64,000 bases of DNA from Candidatus Nanoarchaeia archaeon. GTDB lineage: Archaea; Nanobdellota; Nanobdellia; Woesearchaeales; UBA583. Positions 26,866-36,477 of the stretch are shown one piece after another; position 1 is the stretch's first letter, and every line of letters starts with the position of its first letter. The DNA lies in contig JBNKLP010000001.1 of the NCBI GenBank assembly GCA_050292425.1, positions 40,075 to 104,074 of the forward strand. Reading direction: 5' to 3'. The notes beneath the pieces are model-generated. The model had not been told where the DNA came from and did no database searches. It saw only the letters and a list, made by a program, of their open reading frames with translations. The translations under genes were made by a program, and so were the position numbers.

Positions 26866-27861
26866 TTATTTGCTAATATATGTAATTTGAGGAGCAACTT
26901 TTGGATACCTCTTATTAGGTCTAATACTCTTAACCAAAGTAACCAATTTGTTCTTAGGCCCCTGAATACTTCCCTTGACAAGCATGTACTCGTTCTTAAC
27001 AACTCCGTAATGCTTAAAACCTGCAGCAGGATTGATTTCTCCAACATTATCAGAAATCTTCAAAATCCATTTATTCCACTCAGTTCTCTCATGAAAACCA
27101 TGCTGACCAGGAAGTGGTTGTGTTGTCAAAACTCTTGAAGGAGTCCATGCTCCCACATTACCTGCGTGTCTTCTTGTTTTCTCTGACTTGTGAGATGTAA
27201 GCTTAACTCCATATCTCTTAACAGCACCTTGAAAACCCTTACCAATTGTAATTCCGTGTGAATCAACAAGCTCACCAGCATTAACAACCTCGGATGCCTT
27301 AACTTCATGTCCTAGCTTTGAGTGAGCAAACTTAATTGCCTCTTCAATTGAACCACAAACACCAAGCTCCAGAATCTCTGGCTTCTTCTTTCCGATACCT
27401 GTAGCAGAAGGAGTTGTAACAATCTTAACTCTAACCTGTTCTACATCATTCTCTGTTGCAAACTTAACCAAATCTTCAGCAGATTCAGTCTTTGATGCCT
27501 TTTTAGCAACATCAACCTTTCTTGAAAGGTGCTTGTCCTTAAGAGCAACAGTAACTTCCTTTGCAACCTGAAGATTTCCATACTCATCCTCAGCTAACAG
27601 TCTAACTGACATAACTTTCACAACTGGACACTCCAAAACTGTAACTGGAACATTAATTTCAGTACCTTTTGTAAGTGTGTTTGAAAAGTTATCAATAAGA
27701 CCAATGTTAGTCATTCCAACTTTGTATGCTGGAAAACCTAGGAATCCGACTTCTTTGACATTCTTAGAGCTCCAACTGTTAACAACAGCTGTTGGCTTTG
27801 CAGCTTTAACTCTTGGCCAAAATTGCCTACTTCCTCTTCTTCTTGTACTTGAACTTCCCAT
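26866..27861 (-). CDS. rpl3: 50S ribosomal protein L3 (uL3)
   Basis: RRGS.QFWPR, YKVGMT, GKGFQG.VKR.G, GQ.G.H.RTE.NK, KGS..GP motifs. Confidence 0.97.
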   Translation of the reverse strand: MGSSSTRRRGSRQFWPRVKAAKPTAVVNSWSSKNVKEVGFLGFPAYKVGMTNIGLIDNFSNTLTKGTEINVPVTVLECPVVKVMSVRLLAEDEYGNLQVAKEVTVALKDKHLSRKVDVAKKASKTESAEDLVKFATENDVEQVRVKIVTTPSATGIGKKKPEILELGVCGSIEEAIKFAHSKLGHEVKASEVVNAGELVDSHGITIGKGFQGAVKRYGVKLTSHKSEKTRRHAGNVGAWTPSRVLTTQPLPGQHGFHERTEWNKWILKISDNVGEINPAAGFKHYGVVKNEYMLVKGSIQGPKNKLVTLVKSIRPNKRYPKVAPQITYISK

Positions 27862-28068
27862 TTTTCAATAGTTTAAGGGATAAAACAACTTTTAGACTCA
27901 GCCATCACTAGAAATAATTTTTACATCACTTCAGTTGCGCGCAATAACTGACATCTTGTGTTTATCGTAATTGCCTGCCGGGTTGTCAACAATGACATTG
28001 CCCTTTGTATTAAGCAGGGTTACTACTTCTGTTTTAGAAATAGTATGATAAAAAGTAATGAATTTCAT

Positions 28069-28076
28069 TTTATAAA
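28069..28076 (-). promoter_or_regulatory. Probable TATA box of the uL3 operon
   Basis: TTTATAAA about 210 nt upstream of the rpl3 ATG, followed by a hairpin-rich leader. Confidence 0.5.
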
Positions 28077-28196
28077 GGTTAGCAAACTCTCTCTCAATTA
28101 AAGTTGGATGAAAATAAATTAAAAACAATGAACAAGTAAATCAATAAGTTTAGATTATTTATAGATATTGAAAATGAAAAATTCAAGATTTTTAAT

Positions 28197-28712
28197 TTAT
28201 ACATCTGGATGAAGTACAAAAAAATTAAATTTCTTATTAATGGAATCTGAAACATTTCTCAAAATATTACTAATTTCTTCTGATGCATCTTCAAAACCTA
28301 TTTTTTTCTTAAAAACATCATCAATATTTCCAAAATTAATTCCTTTTCCAATATCAGTCCTACACATTAAAATTGCATATTCTGGGCTTGAAAAAACAGT
28401 TTTAGGCTCTTGATAAATAATAGTTATATAAAAAACTCTTTTTTTAACAAATAAATATTCTTTAATATAAAAAGACAATTCAAACTCTCTTTCTTCAATT
28501 ACATTTTCAATTTCCACTTTTTTTCCATTTTTTGTAAAAAATACTTCTCCGGTTATTTTTTGAAAACTCACATGAGAATTAAAAGTTTGAATAAATTCTT
28601 TTTGAAATTCCTTAAATAACTCAACCATATTTTTCTTATTTTGATTAAATCTGATATTCTTTGGATACTCAGGTTTAAGAATAGAAAATTCAGGATATAT
28701 TTTTTTCTTCAT
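28197..28712 (-). CDS. Hypothetical protein (171 aa)
   Basis: ATG ORF with TATA-like box upstream; very AT-rich; no recognisable motif. Confidence 0.6.
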   Translation of the reverse strand: MKKKIYPEFSILKPEYPKNIRFNQNKKNMVELFKEFQKEFIQTFNSHVSFQKITGEVFFTKNGKKVEIENVIEEREFELSFYIKEYLFVKKRVFYITIIYQEPKTVFSSPEYAILMCRTDIGKGINFGNIDDVFKKKIGFEDASEEISNILRNVSDSINKKFNFFVLHPDV

Positions 28713-28847
28713 AGAAAAACTATAATCTTCATCTAATATAAATTTATCTCATAAAATTTAAATCAATTCCTTATGAATTTTCACTACTCTTTGTCCCTTA
28801 GCAAAATTTAAATAATTTTTACTAAGTAGTGTACTTAGTACACTACT

Positions 28848-31800
28848 ATGAACAAAAAAGCGGAAAATAGGAACAGTATTTTTGCAATAATGATAGTAAT
28901 TAGTATCATATTCATAACCTGTCCTATTTATTCTGCAATACCTTGGGCAGATACAGGAAATCTGTACAGACAAGAAATCAACATTAGTGGAGCCACATTA
29001 GACTTAACAGAATTAACTCATAACTTCTCAATAAACTCCGGAAATGTTGGAGCGAACTTTAACTTCTCATCAGATAGAAATTCTCTGAGATTCTATTATT
29101 ACAATGCCTCAAGTGGAAACAGTACATTAATTTCACACTATGCAAACAGTTGGAATGCAGGATCAAGCACAGCAGAAATAATAATTAAAGTGCCATTCCT
29201 TAACTCAACTCAGAATGCAAGCATTTGGATGTATTATAGAAACTCAACAAAATCAAGTATTGAAGATTACTGTTCTGTATTCATATACTGTGACTTATTT
29301 GATGATGCTAGCATAGACTCAAGACTGACAACAACTGATCAAGATACTGTTGCAGGAACTGCATTTAGTGAAGGTTCTGGAGTCTTAAGTATCACAGCAG
29401 GAGGAGCTGATACTTGGACTGGATCAGACCAATATGGATCAGTCTTTGTTAACGATATAAGTGGAGATGTTGAAGTAGAACTTGCAGTAATGTCAATCAC
29501 AAACACAAACTCTTGGACCAAAGCAGGAATAATGTTCAAAAATGATATGACAGCAGCAGGTTCATCAACTGGATATGTATTCAATATTTGGAGACCAACT
29601 TCTGGATATTCATGGCAAAGAGATAATGATAATAATGGATACTTGGATGCCAGTACCTCTGGAAGTACTACAACTGTTCCAGATTACTTAAGAACTGTTA
29701 AAAGTGGAACTTCATTTAGTGCATACTGGAAATCAACTCCTGGAGCTAGTTGGACATTAACAGGAACAAACACAATATCATCAACCCTTACAACTCAAGA
29801 CATAGGAATATCTCTCACATCTCATGCCGGTTCAACCCTTGCAACTGCAACATATGATAACTTAACTGTTAAAAGATACACAACTGACGCATTCAGCGAA
29901 ACATTTGGATCTGAGGAAAAACTTCCTAACAACATTACAATAAACATAAATAATCCATCAACGTCAACAGTAAACAACATACTCCAAAACACAACAATTA
30001 TCTACAACGCAACAATAACATGCTCAGGAATTGACCCTGCAGGCTGTGGAAATGTTAATGTAGAATTATATAGAAACATAACCTCGGGATTATCGAGTGT
30101 AAGCACAACTCAGACAACTCCAGTATGGACTTCTTCAAGCAACCCTCAAACATGCTCTTCACTAGCCCTTGGTTCATCTTGTACCCTAACTTGGGCAGTT
30201 AATGCAACAGGAACTAAAGACTCATTAATTGAATTAACAGTTATTGCGAATAGTACTAACACCAACATAAGCAATAAAACAAGTGAGATTGCAACAATCA
30301 AAGTAGTAGTAGGAAACACAGTAAGTTTTAACCAAAGTTCTTACTCCTTTGGCCCATTCCTAAAAAACAGTGGAAACAGAACGCAGAACATTAGCATAAT
30401 TGCTGATAACGGTAATAATACAAATATCATTGTAGAATGTGAAAGTGGAGATTGTGGAGCAATAACTGACAACTGGATTGATGGAACAAACTTAAATGAA
30501 GGAAACTCTCAAGAATTCACATTCACCTGTTCAGACAATAATTATGGTTCATATAGTGCAGTATTCAATGTAACTTCTGACGAATATGATGGAAAATCGA
30601 CAATGACACTCAGCTGTCAGGTAGATCCAATATATGGTCCAATTAATGGAACACTTCTAAACCCTCCTGAAGGAGGAACGATTTTGGTAGGTCAGAACAA
30701 AACATTCTCTCTTCAAGCCAGAGTTGATTGTACTGGCCTTTGTGGAAATATAACAGCATATGCTCTTTTGGATAAAAGTGATTGGTTTGATCCTTCATTT
30801 TTATTTAGGCAACCAATAAACATCAGTATCAACAACGCAACTCCAACAAACTATCAAATATTGCTAAACTTAAACTCAAGTAATTTAGGAAGTAACTTTG
30901 ATTGGAGTAATTCATGTAATGATATAAGATTTGCCAACAACTCCAATGAACTTGATTACTGGATTGAAAACTGCAACACATCAGCACAAACTATTAAAGT
31001 ATGGATTGAAACTGACACCGCTATAAGTAGCAGTTCAACATATTCAGTAAATTTATACTATGGAAACTCAGAAGCTACTTCTACAAGCAATGCGTCTGCA
31101 ACATTCAGAAACGATGAAGTTTATTTGATTACTGGAGCTTGTGCAGGTTCTGGAAACTGTGATATGAACAATCATGCTCAAGCAGACACCCTAAGAGTAA
31201 ATATCAACACAACAGGAATGGGAATTTATGGAACAGGATATAGGACAGGAATTAATGATATTGACAACCCTTATGGTTCAAATGATTATTATTTTTCAAG
31301 ATACAGAACATTATTTATTCCTTCAGTAAATGCATCTCATACATTTGGAACCTATACCGATGATGATAGTGAAGTTTCTCTTTTTCCTTATGATGGCTAT
31401 GGAACCGGAATTCAAACAACTCACCCATTTGGAGCTCATGATGTTGTAACAACACAGTATGGAACTTGGCATCAAGGAGGAGCATGTGGTTCAAATGTTG
31501 CTATTGAAGGAACAAGAAGTATGATTGCAGGCACAGGTTATTGGATTGATTTTTTGCATATAGAAGGAGCAGGAGGAGAAGATCAGGTAATGTGTATTGA
31601 TAGAGGATTTGGATTCCAAACATTCACATCAACAAACTTTGCAGGAGAATTTTATGCAAGAAGTTATGTCTGGAATGAACCAACATTATCTGTAGTTGGC
31701 TCAGAAGAAAATTTGGCAATAAGTACAACCTCAGGAATCACTCCTCTATGGACTAGTTCTCCTCAGCCACAATCCTGCATTCCTTCAGAAGATGGATCCT

Positions 31801-32522
31801 GTATATTCACATGGACTGTAAATGCAACAGGAGCAATTAACAGCAGTCACAATGTAAATGTTGTATTCATATCAAACATAAGTGGAATCTCCTTATTCAC
31901 TACAGCAAAAGGCATAGTAAACATCACAAACAATGTTGCTCCTACAGTTACACTAATATCTCCATCAAATAACTCCAAAATAATAAATTCAGGTCAAATC
32001 AATTTTACTTGGTACATAACTGATGATGACATAAACAACACTTGTAACTTATACCTTGATGGGACAATTGAATACTCAGGAATATGTAACACAAATATGA
32101 ATTCATCATATCAAATGTTAGTTCCACACGGATATCATACTTGGTTTGTTGAAGTATTTGATTCAATAAATCAAACAATTAACAGCAGTACATTCTCATT
32201 CACTAACATAATAAACTATAGCTTAAGAATTGAGAAAAAAATTACTAGTGCTAATACAAATCAATACAATATTGAAACTACAATTACAGATTATGTTGCA
32301 AATGAAACTTACAATTACAACTACATTGATTTTGTGCCTTCAGAATTCAATCTTGGTTCAGACACCCCAACTGCAAACTTCTTTAATTTAACTAGTGGAC
32401 CTCAATACTTTGGAAGAACATATGTCTGGAACTTAAACACCAGTATAACTAATGTAACCTACTCACTTGCAGCAATAGGAAATTACAAAATCGAAAATAC
32501 ATATATTCTAGGATTAGAATAA
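28848..32522 (+). CDS. Large secreted adhesin-like protein (2x DUF2341-like, ConA-like, PA14-like and Ig domains; C-terminal G[LI][DE] domain; no membrane anchor)
   Basis: Signal peptide; D.RF....L.YWIE...I.VW...LYYGN DUF2341 pattern; AGGAD.W...D/KAGIM ConA-like unit; F...TDDDS PA14-like motif; abundant N-x-S/T sequons; ends YILGLE*. Confidence 0.85.
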   Translation: MNKKAENRNSIFAIMIVISIIFITCPIYSAIPWADTGNLYRQEINISGATLDLTELTHNFSINSGNVGANFNFSSDRNSLRFYYYNASSGNSTLISHYANSWNAGSSTAEIIIKVPFLNSTQNASIWMYYRNSTKSSIEDYCSVFIYCDLFDDASIDSRLTTTDQDTVAGTAFSEGSGVLSITAGGADTWTGSDQYGSVFVNDISGDVEVELAVMSITNTNSWTKAGIMFKNDMTAAGSSTGYVFNIWRPTSGYSWQRDNDNNGYLDASTSGSTTTVPDYLRTVKSGTSFSAYWKSTPGASWTLTGTNTISSTLTTQDIGISLTSHAGSTLATATYDNLTVKRYTTDAFSETFGSEEKLPNNITININNPSTSTVNNILQNTTIIYNATITCSGIDPAGCGNVNVELYRNITSGLSSVSTTQTTPVWTSSSNPQTCSSLALGSSCTLTWAVNATGTKDSLIELTVIANSTNTNISNKTSEIATIKVVVGNTVSFNQSSYSFGPFLKNSGNRTQNISIIADNGNNTNIIVECESGDCGAITDNWIDGTNLNEGNSQEFTFTCSDNNYGSYSAVFNVTSDEYDGKSTMTLSCQVDPIYGPINGTLLNPPEGGTILVGQNKTFSLQARVDCTGLCGNITAYALLDKSDWFDPSFLFRQPINISINNATPTNYQILLNLNSSNLGSNFDWSNSCNDIRFANNSNELDYWIENCNTSAQTIKVWIETDTAISSSSTYSVNLYYGNSEATSTSNASATFRNDEVYLITGACAGSGNCDMNNHAQADTLRVNINTTGMGIYGTGYRTGINDIDNPYGSNDYYFSRYRTLFIPSVNASHTFGTYTDDDSEVSLFPYDGYGTGIQTTHPFGAHDVVTTQYGTWHQGGACGSNVAIEGTRSMIAGTGYWIDFLHIEGAGGEDQVMCIDRGFGFQTFTSTNFAGEFYARSYVWNEPTLSVVGSEENLAISTTSGITPLWTSSPQPQSCIPSEDGSCIFTWTVNATGAINSSHNVNVVFISNISGISLFTTAKGIVNITNNVAPTVTLISPSNNSKIINSGQINFTWYITDDDINNTCNLYLDGTIEYSGICNTNMNSSYQMLVPHGYHTWFVEVFDSINQTINSSTFSFTNIINYSLRIEKKITSANTNQYNIETTITDYVANETYNYNYIDFVPSEFNLGSDTPTANFFNLTSGPQYFGRTYVWNLNTSITNVTYSLAAIGNYKIENTYILGLE

Positions 32523-32557
32523 AAACAATTAGAACAACATTTATACAAAAATAAAAT

Positions 32558-32953
32558 TTATCTATAATAATTACCAGCCCTATCAAATTGTAACATCCAG
32601 GATCTAGATTTATCTTCACGAATATCCCTAAAACCAACTCTCAAATAATGTATTGGAGGTAAAAAATTTGGATTCGTTTCTAATTGAATCCTTAAACATT
32701 CATTTGATTTAAAATGAGAAATTAATCTATGATGTCCACCATCTATTTGCATTTTCTTATTAGACACCGTAGTTAAAGTAAATGCATTTTCATCTAATTG
32801 ATAAATACTAACTGGAGGAAATATATCTTGAAACTTAATTCCCATTTGCATTGAGGATATTATATCAGCTCCAACTAAATCTTGAAAACAAATAATATTT
32901 AAATCAGGATTTTGTAAATCTATAAATAACTCTCCATTTTCTTCAAATAACAT
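32558..32953 (-). CDS. Small ParB/Srx-like domain protein
   Basis: PP..IY and IDGGHHRL resemble the ParB/Srx DG.HR signature; start moved to ATG 32953. Confidence 0.5.
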   Translation of the reverse strand: MLFEENGELFIDLQNPDLNIICFQDLVGADIISSMQMGIKFQDIFPPVSIYQLDENAFTLTTVSNKKMQIDGGHHRLISHFKSNECLRIQLETNPNFLPPIHYLRVGFRDIREDKSRSWMLQFDRAGNYYR

Positions 32954-33139
32954 TAAAATCAATAATTCACTTCCATATAAAAAACTTTTTAAAACAAAAG
33001 TAATTAACATTTACTAGCTAAATACTTTAATCGGCGATGATTCATAGAGGGAGAGCGGGTCAAAAGTAATCAATTAGCACTAAATCGAAAGATTGGTGTA
33101 AGACAAATATTTCTTATAATCCAGTCAAACTCATAAAAA

Positions 33140-33718
33140 ATGGGATATTTAAAATACATTAAGGAAGCTTGGAAACAACCTAGGGCAAACTTAGGGCAAG
33201 AGTACAAGAACAAACTTGTTGCATGGAGAAGAGAAAACTCAATTGAAAGAGTTGAATTTCCAACAAGAATCGATAGAGCAAGAGCTCTAGGTTACAGAGC
33301 AAAGCAAGGATTTGCTATTGCAAGAGTAAGAGTAATCAGAGGAGGAAAGAACAATCCTGCAATTAAGAAAGGAAGAGATGGTGGAAACAAGTCTACAAGA
33401 ATCGCTCAGTCCAAAAACTATCAGTGGATTTGTGAAGAAAGAGCTCAGAAAAGATTCCCTAACATGGAAGTTCTAAACTCATACTGGGTAGGTCAGGATG
33501 AAAAATATTACTGGTACGAAGTAATCATGGTTGACGTATACCACCCCCAGATTATTGCGGATAAAAAAATCAACTGGTTGGTTTCATCCAAACATACAAG
33601 AAGAGCTATGAGAGGAGTTACATCTTCAGCTAGAAAATCAAGAGGACTTAGAAGTAAGGGAATGGGAGCTGAAAAAGTAAGACCATCTCTAAGAGCTAAT
33701 GCGAGGAAATTAAGATAA
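33140..33718 (+). CDS. rpl15e: 50S ribosomal protein L15e
   Basis: PTR.DRARALGY.AKQG, EVLNSYWVG.D..Y.W.EVI, LRAN motifs. Confidence 0.97.
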   Translation: MGYLKYIKEAWKQPRANLGQEYKNKLVAWRRENSIERVEFPTRIDRARALGYRAKQGFAIARVRVIRGGKNNPAIKKGRDGGNKSTRIAQSKNYQWICEERAQKRFPNMEVLNSYWVGQDEKYYWYEVIMVDVYHPQIIADKKINWLVSSKHTRRAMRGVTSSARKSRGLRSKGMGAEKVRPSLRANARKLR

Positions 33719-33719
33719 A

Positions 33720-34091
33720 ATGGCACAATCACAATTCAGATCAAGAACAAAAGTAAGTGGAAAGAAATACATCTCTTTCAGAAAGAAAAGACTCTCAGAC
33801 CTTGGAGGTCTTCCTGCTCTGACTAGCATTGCAGCAAAAAGACTTAAAATTAAAAGAGTTAAGGGTGCAAACCTGAAACAGTCCCTTTTATCTCACGAAG
33901 AAGTTTGTGTAGCTGACAATGGAAAAACTAAGAAGATGAAAATCCTCTCAGTAGTAAACAACCCTGCAAATGTAAACTACACAAGAAGAAACATCATTAC
34001 AAAAGGATGTATTGTTAAAACTGAAAAAGGAGACGTAAGAATCACATCAAGACCTGGACAATCAGGTGTTCTACAAGGAGTTTTCCTATAA
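33720..34091 (+). CDS. rps8e: 30S ribosomal protein S8e
   Basis: NPAN..Y.RRNIITKG, ITSRPGQ.G motifs. Confidence 0.96.
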   Translation: MAQSQFRSRTKVSGKKYISFRKKRLSDLGGLPALTSIAAKRLKIKRVKGANLKQSLLSHEEVCVADNGKTKKMKILSVVNNPANVNYTRRNIITKGCIVKTEKGDVRITSRPGQSGVLQGVFL

Positions 34092-34179
34092 ACAAACTAC
34101 CTTTTAAAATCTTATTTATTCTAAGTTCACTACTAAAACAAGCAAAGATTTATTAAGAAAAAACACAGAAATTAAAATT

Positions 34180-34869
34180 ATGTACATAAATTTTCACGTA
34201 CTTCTATCACTCTCAGAAGATGAAATAAACAAAAATCTGGAACTTCATTTCAACATATTTTTAAAGCAGTTAAATGAAGAAGAAAAACAAATATTCAAAT
34301 TTTACTGTTTGTTTATATCAAGAAACAAAGACAAGATAACAAATGAGGAACATAAACCTACTGATTTTTTAACAATAATAAAAAGCATATTAAATAAAAA
34401 ATTACAAGAAACAAAATCTCAAAAAACAGCAGAAAAATTCAACAAAATAAATCAGTGGTTCTATCAAGGATACACCAAATATTATGAGAATACAGGAATT
34501 GCACATATCTTTTTCTATTTAGCCTCAAAATCTCACATAAACAATAATTTCAAAACATCAATACTTAATTTTTTTGAAAAATACATCCCAACAATAAAAA
34601 CAAATCCTCAATCTCAAATAATCTTAAAATTCTTATTAATAAAATTAATCAAATACAAAAAAAGTCTAGAAAGAAGAGAACTAAACTTAAACCAACTAAA
34701 ACAAATACTTCAAAACAATATTGATCAAGAAATTGAACAAATTATTTCAAGTTCAAGATCAATGGCAGAAACAAGAGAAGAAAGAACCAAAAATATTCAA
34801 CTAAATTATGATTTTTTAATAAATAAAATTATAACATTATATCAAGATTACTTAGAAATTAATAATTAA
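34180..34869 (+). CDS. Hypothetical protein (229 aa, helical)
   Basis: ATG ORF; no recognisable motif. Confidence 0.55.
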   Translation: MYINFHVLLSLSEDEINKNLELHFNIFLKQLNEEEKQIFKFYCLFISRNKDKITNEEHKPTDFLTIIKSILNKKLQETKSQKTAEKFNKINQWFYQGYTKYYENTGIAHIFFYLASKSHINNNFKTSILNFFEKYIPTIKTNPQSQIILKFLLIKLIKYKKSLERRELNLNQLKQILQNNIDQEIEQIISSSRSMAETREERTKNIQLNYDFLINKIITLYQDYLEINN

Positions 34870-34872
34870 TTT

Positions 34873-35256
34873 TCAGTTTGAACTAACTGAAAACTCAGGA
34901 TTCTCAATCCTGTAGACACTGTATTCTTCATTAGATGAACTTACAACCATATCATCAACTAAAACTACTCCTTCCTGAACAATGTAAGCTTGCCCATTTG
35001 AAGAAATAGCAACAACTTTTCCATCATTATCAAAATCACCAACAAACCTATCGCTAACAATAGCTCTGTTCTGTGCAACCTCTTTCTCTCCAACTACTTC
35101 AACATAAGAATATGAAGAAGAACTCTTCTCTCCTGACAAATCTTCATTATCAACATTTCCTAAAAGTTCGCAATTAGCTCCCCCATAATAATAAAGTCCT
35201 GCCATTGCAGCTACAACAACTACAAGTAAAAATAGTAATGTTCCTACTCTTGCCAT
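34873..35256 (-). CDS. Hypothetical protein with N-terminal membrane anchor
   Basis: ATG 35256 downstream of a TATA box; hydrophobic N-terminal helix. Confidence 0.6.
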   Translation of the reverse strand: MARVGTLLFLLVVVVAAMAGLYYYGGANCELLGNVDNEDLSGEKSSSSYSYVEVVGEKEVAQNRAIVSDRFVGDFDNDGKVVAISSNGQAYIVQEGVVLVDDMVVSSSNEEYSVYRIENPEFSVSSN

Positions 35257-35352
35257 TTGTAACAATATCAAAGTGAACTTAACTTATAAATCTTTTCATT
35301 TGTTCTCACTCAAAAAAGACAAATTTATAAACTTCTAAAAAATAATGTATCT

Positions 35353-35601
35353 ATGACTGATAATAAATGGAGAAAAGAACTCGACATCTTAATTGATAAA
35401 AACATATCAGAACTCCTAAAAGAAACAAAAGAATATGACTATGCAATTTCAAAGGCAAAAAACAAATCCAAGGCTCAGATGTGGATAGCTCTTGGAATCA
35501 TAAACCACAAATTAAACCTTATTCTAAATGAAAAAGAATACAAAAAAAAGCTAAAAAAAGAAGAAGTTGAAGATATTCTAAACAAACTTGAGAAATTGTA
35601 A
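35353..35601 (+). CDS. Small hypothetical protein (82 aa)
   Basis: ATG ORF after TTTATAAA; helical, AQMW.AL motif. Confidence 0.6.
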   Translation: MTDNKWRKELDILIDKNISELLKETKEYDYAISKAKNKSKAQMWIALGIINHKLNLILNEKEYKKKLKKEEVEDILNKLEKL

Positions 35602-35602
35602 A

Positions 35603-36436
35603 ATGTTATCAATTGATGATTATGAACAAGGTAAAATTCCATCTTTAGAAGACTTTGAAATTGTTTCAGAGTTATTTCAAAAATATTTTCAAACCTATCC
35701 AAATAGATTAATTTCTCTTGCACTATATGGTTCATTTATTGGAAATAATCACTCTCACTCAAGTGATTTAGATTGTTTTTACATCCCTCAAAATCCTCAA
35801 GATTTAATCGCATTTGGAAACTTAATTAGAAAGATATTCAATGAATATTATATTGACGTCGAAGCAAATCCACTTAACCCTGAACTTTCTAAAATGGGAC
35901 ACCATACAATTATTCCTTGTTTTAATCAGCATATCAATATTGCAATGAACTCTAAACATAAAATGATTCTTGGAGAAAATCCCCTTAATTATATAGGAGA
36001 TTTGTCAATAAAAGATATTTCAGATGTTAAAAATAGCGCTAAACATGGACTTGTATTCAGAACATGGCAACTTGCTAAAAAATCATTTTGGAAAACTTTA
36101 GAACAAAAAGGAGGACTATTAGAAACCATTCTTGAAAGCCCATATCATGTTGCTAGATTATCCCTTCAATATCATAACCCAACATTATTTGAACAAAAAG
36201 GAATTAAAGACAATAAAAGAAATGTTGTTAAATTATATGAGAATAATGGTGGACAAAATTTTCAATTCTTAAAAAACATATTTGAATTAAGAATGAGATA
36301 TAATCAATTATTAAAAGAAAGAAAAGAAAAAGGAATAACAAATAAAACTGAGTATATTCAATTATTGAATGATGTTGAAAATCAATTTCTACCATTTTAC
36401 GAATTTTGCAGAACTAACCTTAGAACTATGCAATAA
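35603..36436 (+). CDS. Pol-beta superfamily nucleotidyltransferase domain protein
   Basis: LYGS......SDLD signature followed by a helical domain; start moved to ATG 35603. Confidence 0.75.
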   Translation: MLSIDDYEQGKIPSLEDFEIVSELFQKYFQTYPNRLISLALYGSFIGNNHSHSSDLDCFYIPQNPQDLIAFGNLIRKIFNEYYIDVEANPLNPELSKMGHHTIIPCFNQHINIAMNSKHKMILGENPLNYIGDLSIKDISDVKNSAKHGLVFRTWQLAKKSFWKTLEQKGGLLETILESPYHVARLSLQYHNPTLFEQKGIKDNKRNVVKLYENNGGQNFQFLKNIFELRMRYNQLLKERKEKGITNKTEYIQLLNDVENQFLPFYEFCRTNLRTMQ

Positions 36437-36477
36437 TTAAACACAACCTTTATTAACACACATTTCAACCTATTTCT

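Noticed and set aside
15112..27871. Many short plus-strand ORFs across the ribosomal cluster (and similar shadows elsewhere, such as 4259..4609 and 12718..13077)
   Set aside because: Antisense shadows of well-supported genes, caused by codon bias.
27931..28128. 65-aa ORF upstream of rpl3
   Set aside because: Non-ATG start, spans the TATA box; the region is better explained as a structured leader.
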